Assembly (NCBI GenBank): GCA_023140385.1
Contig: JAGLLT010000002.1
Location: 24,295 to 88,294 of the forward strand
Source of the DNA: Candidatus Omnitrophota bacterium
Lineage (GTDB): Bacteria; Omnitrophota; Gorgyraeia; JAGLLT01
DNA: 64,000 nucleotides
Direction: 5' to 3'
This document shows, in pieces, positions 8,437-17,716 of the stretch. Every line of letters starts with the position of its first letter. Position 1 is the first letter of the stretch. A program made the position numbers and the translations under genes. Under the pieces are notes generated by a model that saw nothing but the letters and a program-made list of their open reading frames with translations, was not told the DNA's origin and did no database searches.

Positions 8437-11400
8437 ATGAATAGCAATATTGAAAAGAAAACCGATTTATTGCGGGATTTAGGTATAATTTTTTTATTAA
8501 GCCTTGTGCCCCTGATTTGGTTCAAAGGCGGAATAGCGGTGGCTGGTTCAGACGCTGTTTATCCGCTGTACAATCCCATCCAGTTTTATACAGCACGCTT
8601 TTTTATGTGGGATTCCCGCTATGGCGCCGGTATGCCATCTTCTATATACGCTACAAGTTTATTTTATTATTTGCCTCAGGTTATTTGCAATTTTTTCGGT
8701 ATGTCAGCAATCGCATCGCAAAAGATTCTTTTTGTTTTTTGGTTTTTTATGATGGGAGCGGCCATTTATTACATGGTTGCTGTTATTCAGGTAAAAGCGA
8801 ATCGCCTGCAAAGATTAATTGCTGTTTGTTTTTATACCTTTAATCCGCTGGTATTTAATATTTGGGAAGCGGGAAAAGCTGCCAATATTTCAGCTTATGT
8901 TGCTATGCCGGTAATATTAGCCTTTATAATTAAGGGATTAAGAAAAGATATAAGTTACTTTAAGGCTGCTATTTACATAGGACTATTTTCATTATTAGTG
9001 TCTGAAATGGGAGCCAGCCCTCCTATTTTTGCTATTCCTCTTTTGTTAATTACGTCTTACGCGATTTTCTATAGTATAAATAAACTGCTTTCAAAGAATG
9101 CGTTCAAAGACATAGGCAAAGCTATAAGCTTTTTTGTATTAATCATCTTGATTTTTGCGGGCCTAAACGCTTTTTGGTGGTTACCGTATTTGCGTGAAAT
9201 TTTTGTAAGGCTGATTGCCAGCGCGGAATCCGGGTTAGGGGCATTCAATTTGACTAACTGGCTTAAGGGTATAAGCACCCACACCTCTATTTTAAATGTT
9301 TCTCGTTTTCAGGGGGCGTGGGATTGGTACTATAATGCCAGAGATAATGTTCCTTATGTTCCTTATGCCAAAGTGTATTTTACTAATCCTTTTTTTATCT
9401 TTTGGAGCGTATTAATTCCCGCGACGGCTTATGCTGCGATTATTGTTAAAAAGAAATTTCATGAAGTTTTTTTTGTTGTTTTATGTGTAGTAGCCACGGT
9501 TTTAGGCTGCGGCGCTCATATGCCCACGGGTAAATTTTATTTGTGGATGACTGAAAATGTACCTTTTTTTCAGGTATTTAGAAGTCCGTACTATAAATTC
9601 GCGTTAATAATTTCCCTGGCATACGCGTATTTAATAAGTGTTACTTTGGCGTATGTGTATAAGAAAGTGAAAAACTCTTGCGAAAGAATCTTTTCGCGGC
9701 AAAAAAAGTATCTTATTAGGATAATACCCCCAACAGTAATAGTAATAATTTTATGCGGTAATTTTGTCTATAACTATCCAATGTTAAACGGACAGGTTAT
9801 TAGAATAAGAGAACCTGAAACATCTTTTTCTGTTGGCATAAAAGTTCCGGCTTATATAATTAATTTTGTCAAATACATGGATAGTCAAAAAAATGATTAT
9901 CGCGTTATCGCGTTGCCATCTTTACCGCTAAACGGATATAGATGGGGATATGTGGGGCCGCCGCATTTGCTCACCTTACTTTCATCAAGATCTATCCTGA
10001 GTGGTAGTGGTGGCGCTTCATATGCTGATAAGCTAAAAAATGTTTATTATAACGCGCTTTATGACAAAACTACACCATTAACTGCTCAAATATTAAAGGT
10101 TTTAAATGTAAAGTATATTTTAGTTCATAATGACGCCTGGTATGATTTCTTTAATTTCAAACTTTCTCCCGCTTTTCTGAAAAGTGCTTTATCTTATCAA
10201 GGAAAAATTGATTTATTAGGTAGTTTTGGAAAGTGGCAATTATATCAAAATCAGGATGATCCGGTTTATATTGGGGGAGCATTCGGTTTAGCTATGTTAG
10301 TCGGCGAGATGTCAGCTTTTGCTCCGTTAAGTTATATTAATGTTATGAATGACTTGCCCGTTATTTTATCCAGTCAAAAAATAAATCATGCTTTCATTAA
10401 AGAGGAACTTGATAGAGGAATTGAGAAAGTTTTCTTTTATAATGCTGATTTTTCTGATTTTGTATTTAATTTTATAGAGCCCGAACATAAAATTACTATA
10501 CTAAGTAACGATATACATAGTAATAACGGACTTATATTTAATTTTGAGGTAAGCATCGACGGTTTGTATCAAGTATGGATTGAACGGGATATATGCAGTA
10601 TATATAACCGCAATTTTAATGTAAAAATTGATGGACAAGCCGGGCAGGCCGGAAAGGATCTAATTCAGGACGATTTTTCTTTGAAATGGATTAACATCGC
10701 GAATTTTAATACAAAAAAAGGAAAACGCGTTATTGAACTAGGTTTAACCAATCAGGAAAAGAACTTGCTCGGAAATAAGGATATTAATTTAATTATATTG
10801 CCCAAATCTACTTTTGATACCTATAATGATTTATACCGTAATTTATTATTGACTTGCTTAAAAAGAAAAGGTAAAGGTTTGACATATTTTTTGTCATCAG
10901 AAAAAATGCAATCAGAGGTCAGATCCGAAGGTACTCAATGGAGCGGTGAATGCGATAGTCCAAAGTTAAGTAATGTTTTTAACTTTAAAAAAGATCCGGG
11001 AGAAGAGAAATGGAACTGGTTAATATTAGATAACGAAAAAACCATTAGTATAAGTAATAAAAGCAATGAAGAAGTTGTTACTAATGTTAAATTTGACGTA
11101 TTTTCATATGAAATAGATAGATATTTATATTACTATGTAAACGATATATATTTGTCAATGTGTTTTCTGCCGAAAGATAAGGCTCGTACAATAATTTTAA
11201 GGGGTATTAAATTAAAACCGGGTGATAATTATATTTCATTTTATTCTCCCGATAGAGGAAGTCGTAAATATGGAAGAAGTGTATCGTGCGCTTTTAAAGA
11301 TGTGGCTATAGGCAATGAATATTATAAAAGTGGCGTGTATATACCGAAATCGGGTGGTTACAATATTAGAATTTACCCTTATGATGACTTAGTTAGTGAA

Positions 11401-11952
11401 AACATTCAAACAAAGAATAAAAAGGTTTGTTTAGATGAAAAAGAAATATCATTTGGACTGAGAAATTTAAATGGTGTTAATTATTACGCGCATGAAAGCA
11501 TTTTTTTATCTGAAGGTTCGCATAATATTAACTTTAGGCAGATGAATATGGGTAAATGTTATCTTGAAATATCATCAAAAGTTAAGAATCAAGAATTTTT
11601 ACATCCTCTTAAGTACAAAAAAATTAATCAAACCAAATACAATGTTTCATGCGATAAAGATGAAATATCTTTTTTGTTTTTTCATGAAGCTTTTAACTCA
11701 CAATGGGAAGCACATATTATTAATCATGAATCAGGTAAAAAGTCTAAACTTAAACCCCATTTTATAATCGATGGCTACGCGAATGGATGGAAGGTTGACG
11801 GACCCGAGTATAAAAAAGGCTCAACTATAGTAATTAACTATAAGATACAAAACTTATTTTATTTAGGCCTATGTATTTCACTTGTTACTCTTGTTATATC
11901 TTTATCTTACCTATATTATAATTGCAAAAAGAAGGGACGTTGTAAAAAATGA
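8437..11952 (+). CDS. Giant (1171 aa) polytopic membrane protein, putative YfhO/GT-C-type extracytoplasmic glycosyltransferase (paralog family member 1)
   Basis: N-terminal ~13 TM helices with 'PLIWFK', 'SAIASQKILFVFWFF', 'NVSRFQGAWDWYY' and 'RSPYYKF'. A ~600-aa hydrophilic domain follows. The C-terminal 'FHEAFNSQWEA...DGYANGWKVDG' is followed by a final TM anchor. Four paralogs share these motifs. Confidence 0.55.
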   Translation: MNSNIEKKTDLLRDLGIIFLLSLVPLIWFKGGIAVAGSDAVYPLYNPIQFYTARFFMWDSRYGAGMPSSIYATSLFYYLPQVICNFFGMSAIASQKILFVFWFFMMGAAIYYMVAVIQVKANRLQRLIAVCFYTFNPLVFNIWEAGKAANISAYVAMPVILAFIIKGLRKDISYFKAAIYIGLFSLLVSEMGASPPIFAIPLLLITSYAIFYSINKLLSKNAFKDIGKAISFFVLIILIFAGLNAFWWLPYLREIFVRLIASAESGLGAFNLTNWLKGISTHTSILNVSRFQGAWDWYYNARDNVPYVPYAKVYFTNPFFIFWSVLIPATAYAAIIVKKKFHEVFFVVLCVVATVLGCGAHMPTGKFYLWMTENVPFFQVFRSPYYKFALIISLAYAYLISVTLAYVYKKVKNSCERIFSRQKKYLIRIIPPTVIVIILCGNFVYNYPMLNGQVIRIREPETSFSVGIKVPAYIINFVKYMDSQKNDYRVIALPSLPLNGYRWGYVGPPHLLTLLSSRSILSGSGGASYADKLKNVYYNALYDKTTPLTAQILKVLNVKYILVHNDAWYDFFNFKLSPAFLKSALSYQGKIDLLGSFGKWQLYQNQDDPVYIGGAFGLAMLVGEMSAFAPLSYINVMNDLPVILSSQKINHAFIKEELDRGIEKVFFYNADFSDFVFNFIEPEHKITILSNDIHSNNGLIFNFEVSIDGLYQVWIERDICSIYNRNFNVKIDGQAGQAGKDLIQDDFSLKWINIANFNTKKGKRVIELGLTNQEKNLLGNKDINLIILPKSTFDTYNDLYRNLLLTCLKRKGKGLTYFLSSEKMQSEVRSEGTQWSGECDSPKLSNVFNFKKDPGEEKWNWLILDNEKTISISNKSNEEVVTNVKFDVFSYEIDRYLYYYVNDIYLSMCFLPKDKARTIILRGIKLKPGDNYISFYSPDRGSRKYGRSVSCAFKDVAIGNEYYKSGVYIPKSGGYNIRIYPYDDLVSENIQTKNKKVCLDEKEISFGLRNLNGVNYYAHESIFLSEGSHNINFRQMNMGKCYLEISSKVKNQEFLHPLKYKKINQTKYNVSCDKDEISFLFFHEAFNSQWEAHIINHESGKKSKLKPHFIIDGYANGWKVDGPEYKKGSTIVINYKIQNLFYLGLCISLVTLVISLSYLYYNCKKKGRCKK

Positions 11953-13406
11953 AGATAATGATTTCATATCCGCCGATACCGAATGCTAAAGGAATACCTA
12001 TGCTTGGCCAGAACAGGCAGTTTCAATATTTTCACAATCCATCTTATATATACCCTATGGTACCCGCTTCCGCGGCTACTTTATTGCAGAGTCAAGGTTA
12101 TAAAGTTATCTGGAATGACTGTATTGCTAAAAGCATATCCTACGAACAGTTTATTGATATTTTTAAAAAGGAAAATTCCGATTTAATCGCGATTGAAACA
12201 AAGACACCGGTAGTAAAAAAGCATTACGCTATAGTAGATGAATTAAAAAAAATCAATCCAAAATGTATAGTTGTCCTGATGGGTGATCATATAACCGCGT
12301 TTCCGGATGAAGCTATGAACAGCTGTAGGGTTGATTACTGCATAACGGGTGGAGATTACGATTTTCTATTATTGAATATTTGCAAGTATATTGAAAATAA
12401 AAATTTACTTGAAAAGGGGATTTGGCATAGAGATGGAAAGCAAGTTGTTAATACAGGTAAATTTGAATTGAATCACGATTTGAATACATTACCCTTTATA
12501 GACAGGGAATTGACTCAGTGGAGTGATTATGGAGAGAAGCTTTATAAAGGAACCCCGTTTACCTATACAATGGTAGGCCGTGATTGCCCCTGGGCTAAAT
12601 GCACATTTTGTTCATGGACGACTCTTTTTCCGAAATTTAGGACACGTACTCCTAAAAGTCTTTTGGATGAAATTGGTTTTTTGATTGAACGTTACGGCAT
12701 AAAAGAGATATTTGATGATACCGGAACCTTTCCTTCGGGAAAATGGTTGGAAACTTTTGCTCAGGGTATGATTGAGAGAGGCTATAATAATAAAATATAT
12801 TTATCGTGTAATTTTAGATTTGATTATTTAACTCCGCAAAGAGCGGCACTAATGAAACAGGCGGGCTTTAGACTTATGAAGCTTGGGTTGGAGTCGGCGA
12901 GTGACGAAACTCTAAAACGCTTAAATAAAGGAAGCCGCGTTGATGATATAATAAATGGCTGCAAAATAGCCAAAAAAGCTGGCCTGACGGTTCATCTTAC
13001 TATGATGGTTGGCTATCCCTGGGAAACAAAGGAAGATATGTTAAAAACATTTAAATTAGCCAGGTATCTTATGCTAAACGGTTATGCCGATATGCTGCAG
13101 TCAACGACAGTAACAGCATATCCTGGTACTCCTTTATATGATCAGGCCTTGAAGAATGACTGGCTTAGGGTAGACCCGCGTGATTACGAAAGATTTGATA
13201 TGGGTGAGCCGGTATTCAAAAATCCAAATATCAAACCTGAAGAGATAACGCGAATTTGCAATCAAATATACAAGATTTTTTTGCATCCCAAATTTATATT
13301 TAATCATCTTAAAAAAGTTAGATCATTTGAAGATATTACCTATTTACTGAGAGGCGTAAAGCCGGTGCTGGGGCATATCAGAGATTTTATGAAAATAAGG
13401 AGATAA
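11949..13406 (+). CDS. B12-binding-domain radical SAM enzyme (class B), atypical Cx4Cx2C cluster motif
   Basis: N-terminal Rossmann-like B12-binding region ('YPMVPASAATLLQSQGYKVIWNDC'). The cluster motif is 'CPWAKCTFC'. The 'LGLESASDETL' region is radical SAM-like. There is a 4-nt overlap with the upstream giant gene. Confidence 0.75.
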   Translation: MKIMISYPPIPNAKGIPMLGQNRQFQYFHNPSYIYPMVPASAATLLQSQGYKVIWNDCIAKSISYEQFIDIFKKENSDLIAIETKTPVVKKHYAIVDELKKINPKCIVVLMGDHITAFPDEAMNSCRVDYCITGGDYDFLLLNICKYIENKNLLEKGIWHRDGKQVVNTGKFELNHDLNTLPFIDRELTQWSDYGEKLYKGTPFTYTMVGRDCPWAKCTFCSWTTLFPKFRTRTPKSLLDEIGFLIERYGIKEIFDDTGTFPSGKWLETFAQGMIERGYNNKIYLSCNFRFDYLTPQRAALMKQAGFRLMKLGLESASDETLKRLNKGSRVDDIINGCKIAKKAGLTVHLTMMVGYPWETKEDMLKTFKLARYLMLNGYADMLQSTTVTAYPGTPLYDQALKNDWLRVDPRDYERFDMGEPVFKNPNIKPEEITRICNQIYKIFLHPKFIFNHLKKVRSFEDITYLLRGVKPVLGHIRDFMKIRR

Positions 13407-13409
13407 TTT

Positions 13410-14102
13410 ATGCCGCGAATGAAATATTTGGATAATTTTGAAAAAACTGAACCCGACTTATTTCATAGTATTATCTTTGATTTTACTAAAGATCGCATAA
13501 AAGGTAAAAAAAGTTTAAATATCGGCTGTTGGACGGGAGGCTATGAGCAGATAGCAGATGAAAAAATAGATAATTTGTTTATGGCGAGTGTGGATATAGA
13601 TCATAAGGCTTTATGTACAGCCAAAGAAAATGTAAGAAATGTAAATTTTGTTGAAGCCGACACAGTAAGCTTACCGTTTAAAGATGAAACCTTTGATGTT
13701 GTTATGATGTTTTATGTAATTGAACACTTACCTTTAGAAAAAGAGAGAGAAATATTAAAGGAGATAAGTAGAGTAATTAAAACAGGCGGCGAATTTATAT
13801 GCGTAACCCATAATCATCAGTGGTTTGGCAATCTTTTTGATATTGCGTATTGGACGACAGGACATAGGCATTATAAAAAAAGTTATCTTGAAGAAATTTT
13901 AGAAAATTCAGGCATGAAAATTGACTTTTACGAACTGAGGGGAGGCATAATTTCTTCAATTTCTCCAATCTTTTTTTATCTCTTTAAGTACTGTTTTAAA
14001 AAAAACATATACAGGGATTCTAATTTTGTAAAAAGACTTTTAACTAATGAATTTAAGAAAAAAGGCTTTAGAGATATTTTTTTAATCGCGAAGAAAAAAT
14101 AA
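13410..14102 (+). CDS. Class I SAM-dependent methyltransferase
   Basis: 'LNIGCWTGGY' is motif I. 'FDVVMMFYVIEHL' and 'IKTGGEFICVTHN' follow. Confidence 0.8.
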   Translation: MPRMKYLDNFEKTEPDLFHSIIFDFTKDRIKGKKSLNIGCWTGGYEQIADEKIDNLFMASVDIDHKALCTAKENVRNVNFVEADTVSLPFKDETFDVVMMFYVIEHLPLEKEREILKEISRVIKTGGEFICVTHNHQWFGNLFDIAYWTTGHRHYKKSYLEEILENSGMKIDFYELRGGIISSISPIFFYLFKYCFKKNIYRDSNFVKRLLTNEFKKKGFRDIFLIAKKK

Positions 14103-14113
14103 AGGTTTAATTT

Positions 14114-15640
14114 ATGCTTAAAGATTATCTTATCGCGTTAGTTACCGCTTTGATCGGCCTATTTATACAAATAAGGCCCCGGCTTAGCAACCGGTATTTT
14201 GGTATTGATACATGGAGGCACTTATCGGTCGCTGACTATATAAGGAAGAATAAAAAATATCCAAAGTTAATGCCTGAACATTACCTTATTAATAAGCCTT
14301 CTGATTATCCTCCGTTTTTCCGTTTTTTATTAGCCTTGTTTCCAAAAAAAATGCTGGAAAAATATCAGTGGTTTGTTTCACCGCTCTTTGATTTCGCGCA
14401 CAATTTATTCCTTTTTAGTGTAGTTTATTGTTTTACGGGTAATTTTCTTATTTCGTTTTTTGCTCAAATAACCTATATGTTAAGTCCTATAGTTGTTATG
14501 GAAAATTCGAATCTGACAACTCGTTCCTTTGCTTCGCTGTTATTCAGCGGGTCTTTCTTTTCCCTTATCTGCTACACTACATTCGGAAATTATTTTTACT
14601 TGTTGATATCGGTTTTTCTCTTAACGATATTGTTATTGTCCCATCGGATGTCTATTCAGGCAATTTTTTTCCTTCTTGTAATTTTTTCACTAATTGAATA
14701 TAATTTCACATACATAGCCGTGTTAGCGGCTTCTATTATAATAGCCGCTCTTATCTCAAGAGGTTTTTATTTAAAAGTTCTTAAAGGGCACTTGGCTATG
14801 ATTAGATTCTGGTTCATGCATATTGATAATAGATACGCCCATCAGATAAGAGGATCTTTAGCAAAAGATCAAAAAAACCCCGATGCGGTCTTCAGAATAT
14901 ATCAGCTTGTCCAAAATATACCCTTCATAGCTGTTTTCGCCGCGAATCCTTTTATTATATTTGTTCTCGCGTATCTATATTTTGACAAAATCAAGTTTTA
15001 TAATTTAAATACATTCGGTATTCCGCAAATGCTATTTTCGAAATTTGTTATTTGGAGTATTTTGTTGTTTGTAATCGGTGTAATAGTCAGACAGATAAAA
15101 AAGTTAGGCTGTATTGGAGAAGGCGAGAGGTATCTGGAATATTCAGCGTTTCCCATAGCGATCGTTACGGCTGTATTTATTATAAATGGACTGACAAGAG
15201 GCCAATGGGGAATATTTTTAACGTTTTTGATTGTAGCTGTATTTGGAGCGCTGCTGCCAACGCTCTTTATACAACAGCAAGTTATAGTTAAAGATTCTAA
15301 GCGCTCTGTTAATAGCGATTTAAGAGGAATTTTCGATTATATAAATTGTATACAAGGTAAGGTGAACATTATGACGATACCTTTATATCTTGCTGATGCC
15401 GCGACATATTTTACTTCTGCCAGACTGCTTACAACCGACAATTCTATAGCCCACATAGTTGATTATAGCGATTTTTTTCCGGTTTTAAAAAAGCCCTTAA
15501 GTGAAGTTTTTAAAAGATATGATATAAATTATCTTTTTATTAATCAGGAGTATGTTAAACTATCTGAATTAAGTTTGCCTAAAAATAAAATAGTAAAAGA
15601 AAGTGGTTCCTATTGCTTAATTAAGGTACTATGTAAGTAG
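14114..15640 (+). CDS. Polytopic membrane protein, putative GT-C (ArnT/PMT_2-like) glycosyltransferase; paralog of 4774-6303
   Basis: Same architecture and motifs as 4774-6303 ('YFGIDTWRHLSVADYIRK...PSDYPPFF', 'AHQIRG', 'GEGERYLEYSAFP'). Confidence 0.5.
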   Translation: MLKDYLIALVTALIGLFIQIRPRLSNRYFGIDTWRHLSVADYIRKNKKYPKLMPEHYLINKPSDYPPFFRFLLALFPKKMLEKYQWFVSPLFDFAHNLFLFSVVYCFTGNFLISFFAQITYMLSPIVVMENSNLTTRSFASLLFSGSFFSLICYTTFGNYFYLLISVFLLTILLLSHRMSIQAIFFLLVIFSLIEYNFTYIAVLAASIIIAALISRGFYLKVLKGHLAMIRFWFMHIDNRYAHQIRGSLAKDQKNPDAVFRIYQLVQNIPFIAVFAANPFIIFVLAYLYFDKIKFYNLNTFGIPQMLFSKFVIWSILLFVIGVIVRQIKKLGCIGEGERYLEYSAFPIAIVTAVFIINGLTRGQWGIFLTFLIVAVFGALLPTLFIQQQVIVKDSKRSVNSDLRGIFDYINCIQGKVNIMTIPLYLADAATYFTSARLLTTDNSIAHIVDYSDFFPVLKKPLSEVFKRYDINYLFINQEYVKLSELSLPKNKIVKESGSYCLIKVLCK

Positions 15641-15672
15641 TTAAAATATAACAAGGCAGGCGGAGGAGTTAA

Positions 15673-16638
15673 ATGGCAAGAATATTGATTACAGGCGGAG
15701 CTGGTTTTTTAGGTTCATATTTGTGCGAAAAACTGTTAAAAAAAAGTAATAGTGTTATTGCCCTTGATATGTCAGACGGTTCAAAGGTAGAGCATCTTAT
15801 GGATAAGAAGGGTTTTCAATTCATTCAGGGCTCTGTTTTAGATAAAGACTTAATGGAAAGGGAGGTTTCTAAGGCAGATATGGTTTTTCATTTTGCGGCT
15901 ATTGCCGATCCAAAACGCTATATTCAGGAGCCATTAACCGTACTTGAGATAGATTTGCAGGCATCTTTAAATATTTTTAAAACGGCTGCCATGCATAAAA
16001 CAAAAGTTGTCTTTGCCTCAACCTCTGAATTATACGGGCGAAATCCCAATATACCCTGGAAAGAAGATGATGAGAGGGTTCTGGGTTCAACAGCTATAAA
16101 CAGATGGTGTTATTCTACGGCTAAGGCTGCTTCCGAGCATTACCTTTATGCTTACAATCAGCAAGAAGGTTTACCTTTTGTAGTGGTTAGGTTCTTTAAT
16201 GCTTACGGCCCCAGGTTGGATGATCTGGGCTCAGGACGTGTTATTCCTATATTCTTAAAGCAATTTTTAATGAATGAACCTATTACAATTCATGGAGACG
16301 GATCCCAGACCAGGACATTTATATATGTTGATGACGCGGTTGACGCGGTATTAAAAGTCGCGTTCTGTAAAAAGGCGGAGCAAGAAGCTTTTAATATTGG
16401 CTGTACGGATGAAATGTCCGTGTTAAATATTGCTAAGGTAATAAAAAAAGTAGGTAAATTTAATTCGAAATTCAAATTTATTCCGCATAAAAAAGTTTTT
16501 GGAAGTAAATATGAAGATATACCGCGAAGAGTGCCAAGCATAAATAAAATTAAAAGTTATTGCAATTGGCAGCCATCGACTTCTTTGGAAGACGGCTTAA
16601 TGAAGACTATTGAATATTATAGGAAAAAGGTTATTTAG
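15673..16638 (+). CDS. Extended SDR, ArnA C-terminal-domain/UXS-like UDP-glucuronate 4-oxidase/decarboxylase
   Basis: 'ILITGGAGFLGSYL' is the NAD motif. 'FHFAAIADPKRYIQEPL...VFASTSELYG' and 'RWCYSTAKAASE...RFFNAYGPRLDDL' closely parallel the ArnA dehydrogenase domain ('LVAIATPIEY...STSEVYG', 'RWIYSVSKQL...RPFNWMGPRLDNL'). Confidence 0.8.
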   Translation: MARILITGGAGFLGSYLCEKLLKKSNSVIALDMSDGSKVEHLMDKKGFQFIQGSVLDKDLMEREVSKADMVFHFAAIADPKRYIQEPLTVLEIDLQASLNIFKTAAMHKTKVVFASTSELYGRNPNIPWKEDDERVLGSTAINRWCYSTAKAASEHYLYAYNQQEGLPFVVVRFFNAYGPRLDDLGSGRVIPIFLKQFLMNEPITIHGDGSQTRTFIYVDDAVDAVLKVAFCKKAEQEAFNIGCTDEMSVLNIAKVIKKVGKFNSKFKFIPHKKVFGSKYEDIPRRVPSINKIKSYCNWQPSTSLEDGLMKTIEYYRKKVI

Positions 16639-16643
16639 GCGGC

Positions 16644-17654
16644 ATGAATATCGTCGAAATAGATAATTCAACTTTAAAAAAGCTCTCTCCGCTTTTAAAT
16701 AAATATAAGTTCAAAAATTTTTATAGTTGCGGGGAGATTTTGAACGAAGAGAAAGTAGATTATTTTCTGCGCAAGCTTTCAAAAATTAAAAAAAATGGCA
16801 GAATTATAGCCATAGAAATAAAAGATAAAATTCGAGCATTTGGGTGGATAGAACTTTCCGATTGGGACACCAGGCATTTTGGATTTAAAATGGCCAAGGC
16901 TGGTTTAGTTAGCCAATCGGGATATTCAGATGATAAGAAATATGCGTCTATTTTATTAAATGAAATAGAAATGTATTGTATTGGCCAACAAATAAAACAT
17001 ATTACTATACGTTTACCCTTAAATCAGATATCTTTGATACACGCGGCGGAGGAGAATGATTACTTATTAATGGCTCAAGCAAATGCTTATATCAAGAGTC
17101 TAAGGAATTATGCGATAGAAACTTGCAATTCAAGTATAAGGTTGAGATTTTGTCAGCCCGCAGATTTAAAAAAATTACGTGAAATTACAGAAAAGTCATT
17201 CCGGCCGCGAAGTGGATGGTTTGACAGGTTTCATAATGATCCCATGCTTTCAGATGAGAAAGCCGATCTTCTCTATAAAGAATGGATAAACAATTGCTAT
17301 AAAAATTATTTGAAAAAAGCGAATAATAAAATTATTGTTGCGACTTATAAAGCTAAAGTGGTTGGATATTTAAGCGGTGAATTAGATTCGGAAGCTACTA
17401 AGTCATTTGGGAAAAAAGTAGCATATATAACCTTAAATGCGGTTGATGAAGCATATCGCCGGCGTGGAATTTACGGTTTATTGGTTCAAGAAGTTCTTAA
17501 CTGGTTTAAGGAAAAAAATGTAGACTTAGTTCATATTCTTACTCAGAGCGGGACTATTGGAGTTCAAAAAGTATGGATAAAGCAAAAAGACGTATCTTCT
17601 GAAACGCAATGTGTCTATCATAAATATTTAGGAAAAACTAACCGAAAAATATAA
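16644..17654 (+). CDS. Putative GNAT-fold N-acyltransferase (duplicated domain), likely amino-sugar N-acetyltransferase
   Basis: C-terminal 'AYRRRGIYGLLVQEVLNWF' matches GNAT motif A (R/Q-x-x-G-x-G/A). At ~336 aa the protein could hold two acyl-CoA N-acyltransferase-like halves. Confidence 0.5.
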   Translation: MNIVEIDNSTLKKLSPLLNKYKFKNFYSCGEILNEEKVDYFLRKLSKIKKNGRIIAIEIKDKIRAFGWIELSDWDTRHFGFKMAKAGLVSQSGYSDDKKYASILLNEIEMYCIGQQIKHITIRLPLNQISLIHAAEENDYLLMAQANAYIKSLRNYAIETCNSSIRLRFCQPADLKKLREITEKSFRPRSGWFDRFHNDPMLSDEKADLLYKEWINNCYKNYLKKANNKIIVATYKAKVVGYLSGELDSEATKSFGKKVAYITLNAVDEAYRRRGIYGLLVQEVLNWFKEKNVDLVHILTQSGTIGVQKVWIKQKDVSSETQCVYHKYLGKTNRKI

Positions 17655-17716
17655 AGTTTATAACTGCAAAAGAAAAACCAGCCAAAATTGTAAAAATAGA
17701 AAATAGGGAGGCCTTT

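Noticed and set aside
8517-8843. Alternate-frame plus-strand ORFs inside genes (8517-8843, 11564-11767, 11983-12186, 15052-15291, 60998-61213)
   Set aside because: They are out of frame with strongly supported genes and have no independent signals.
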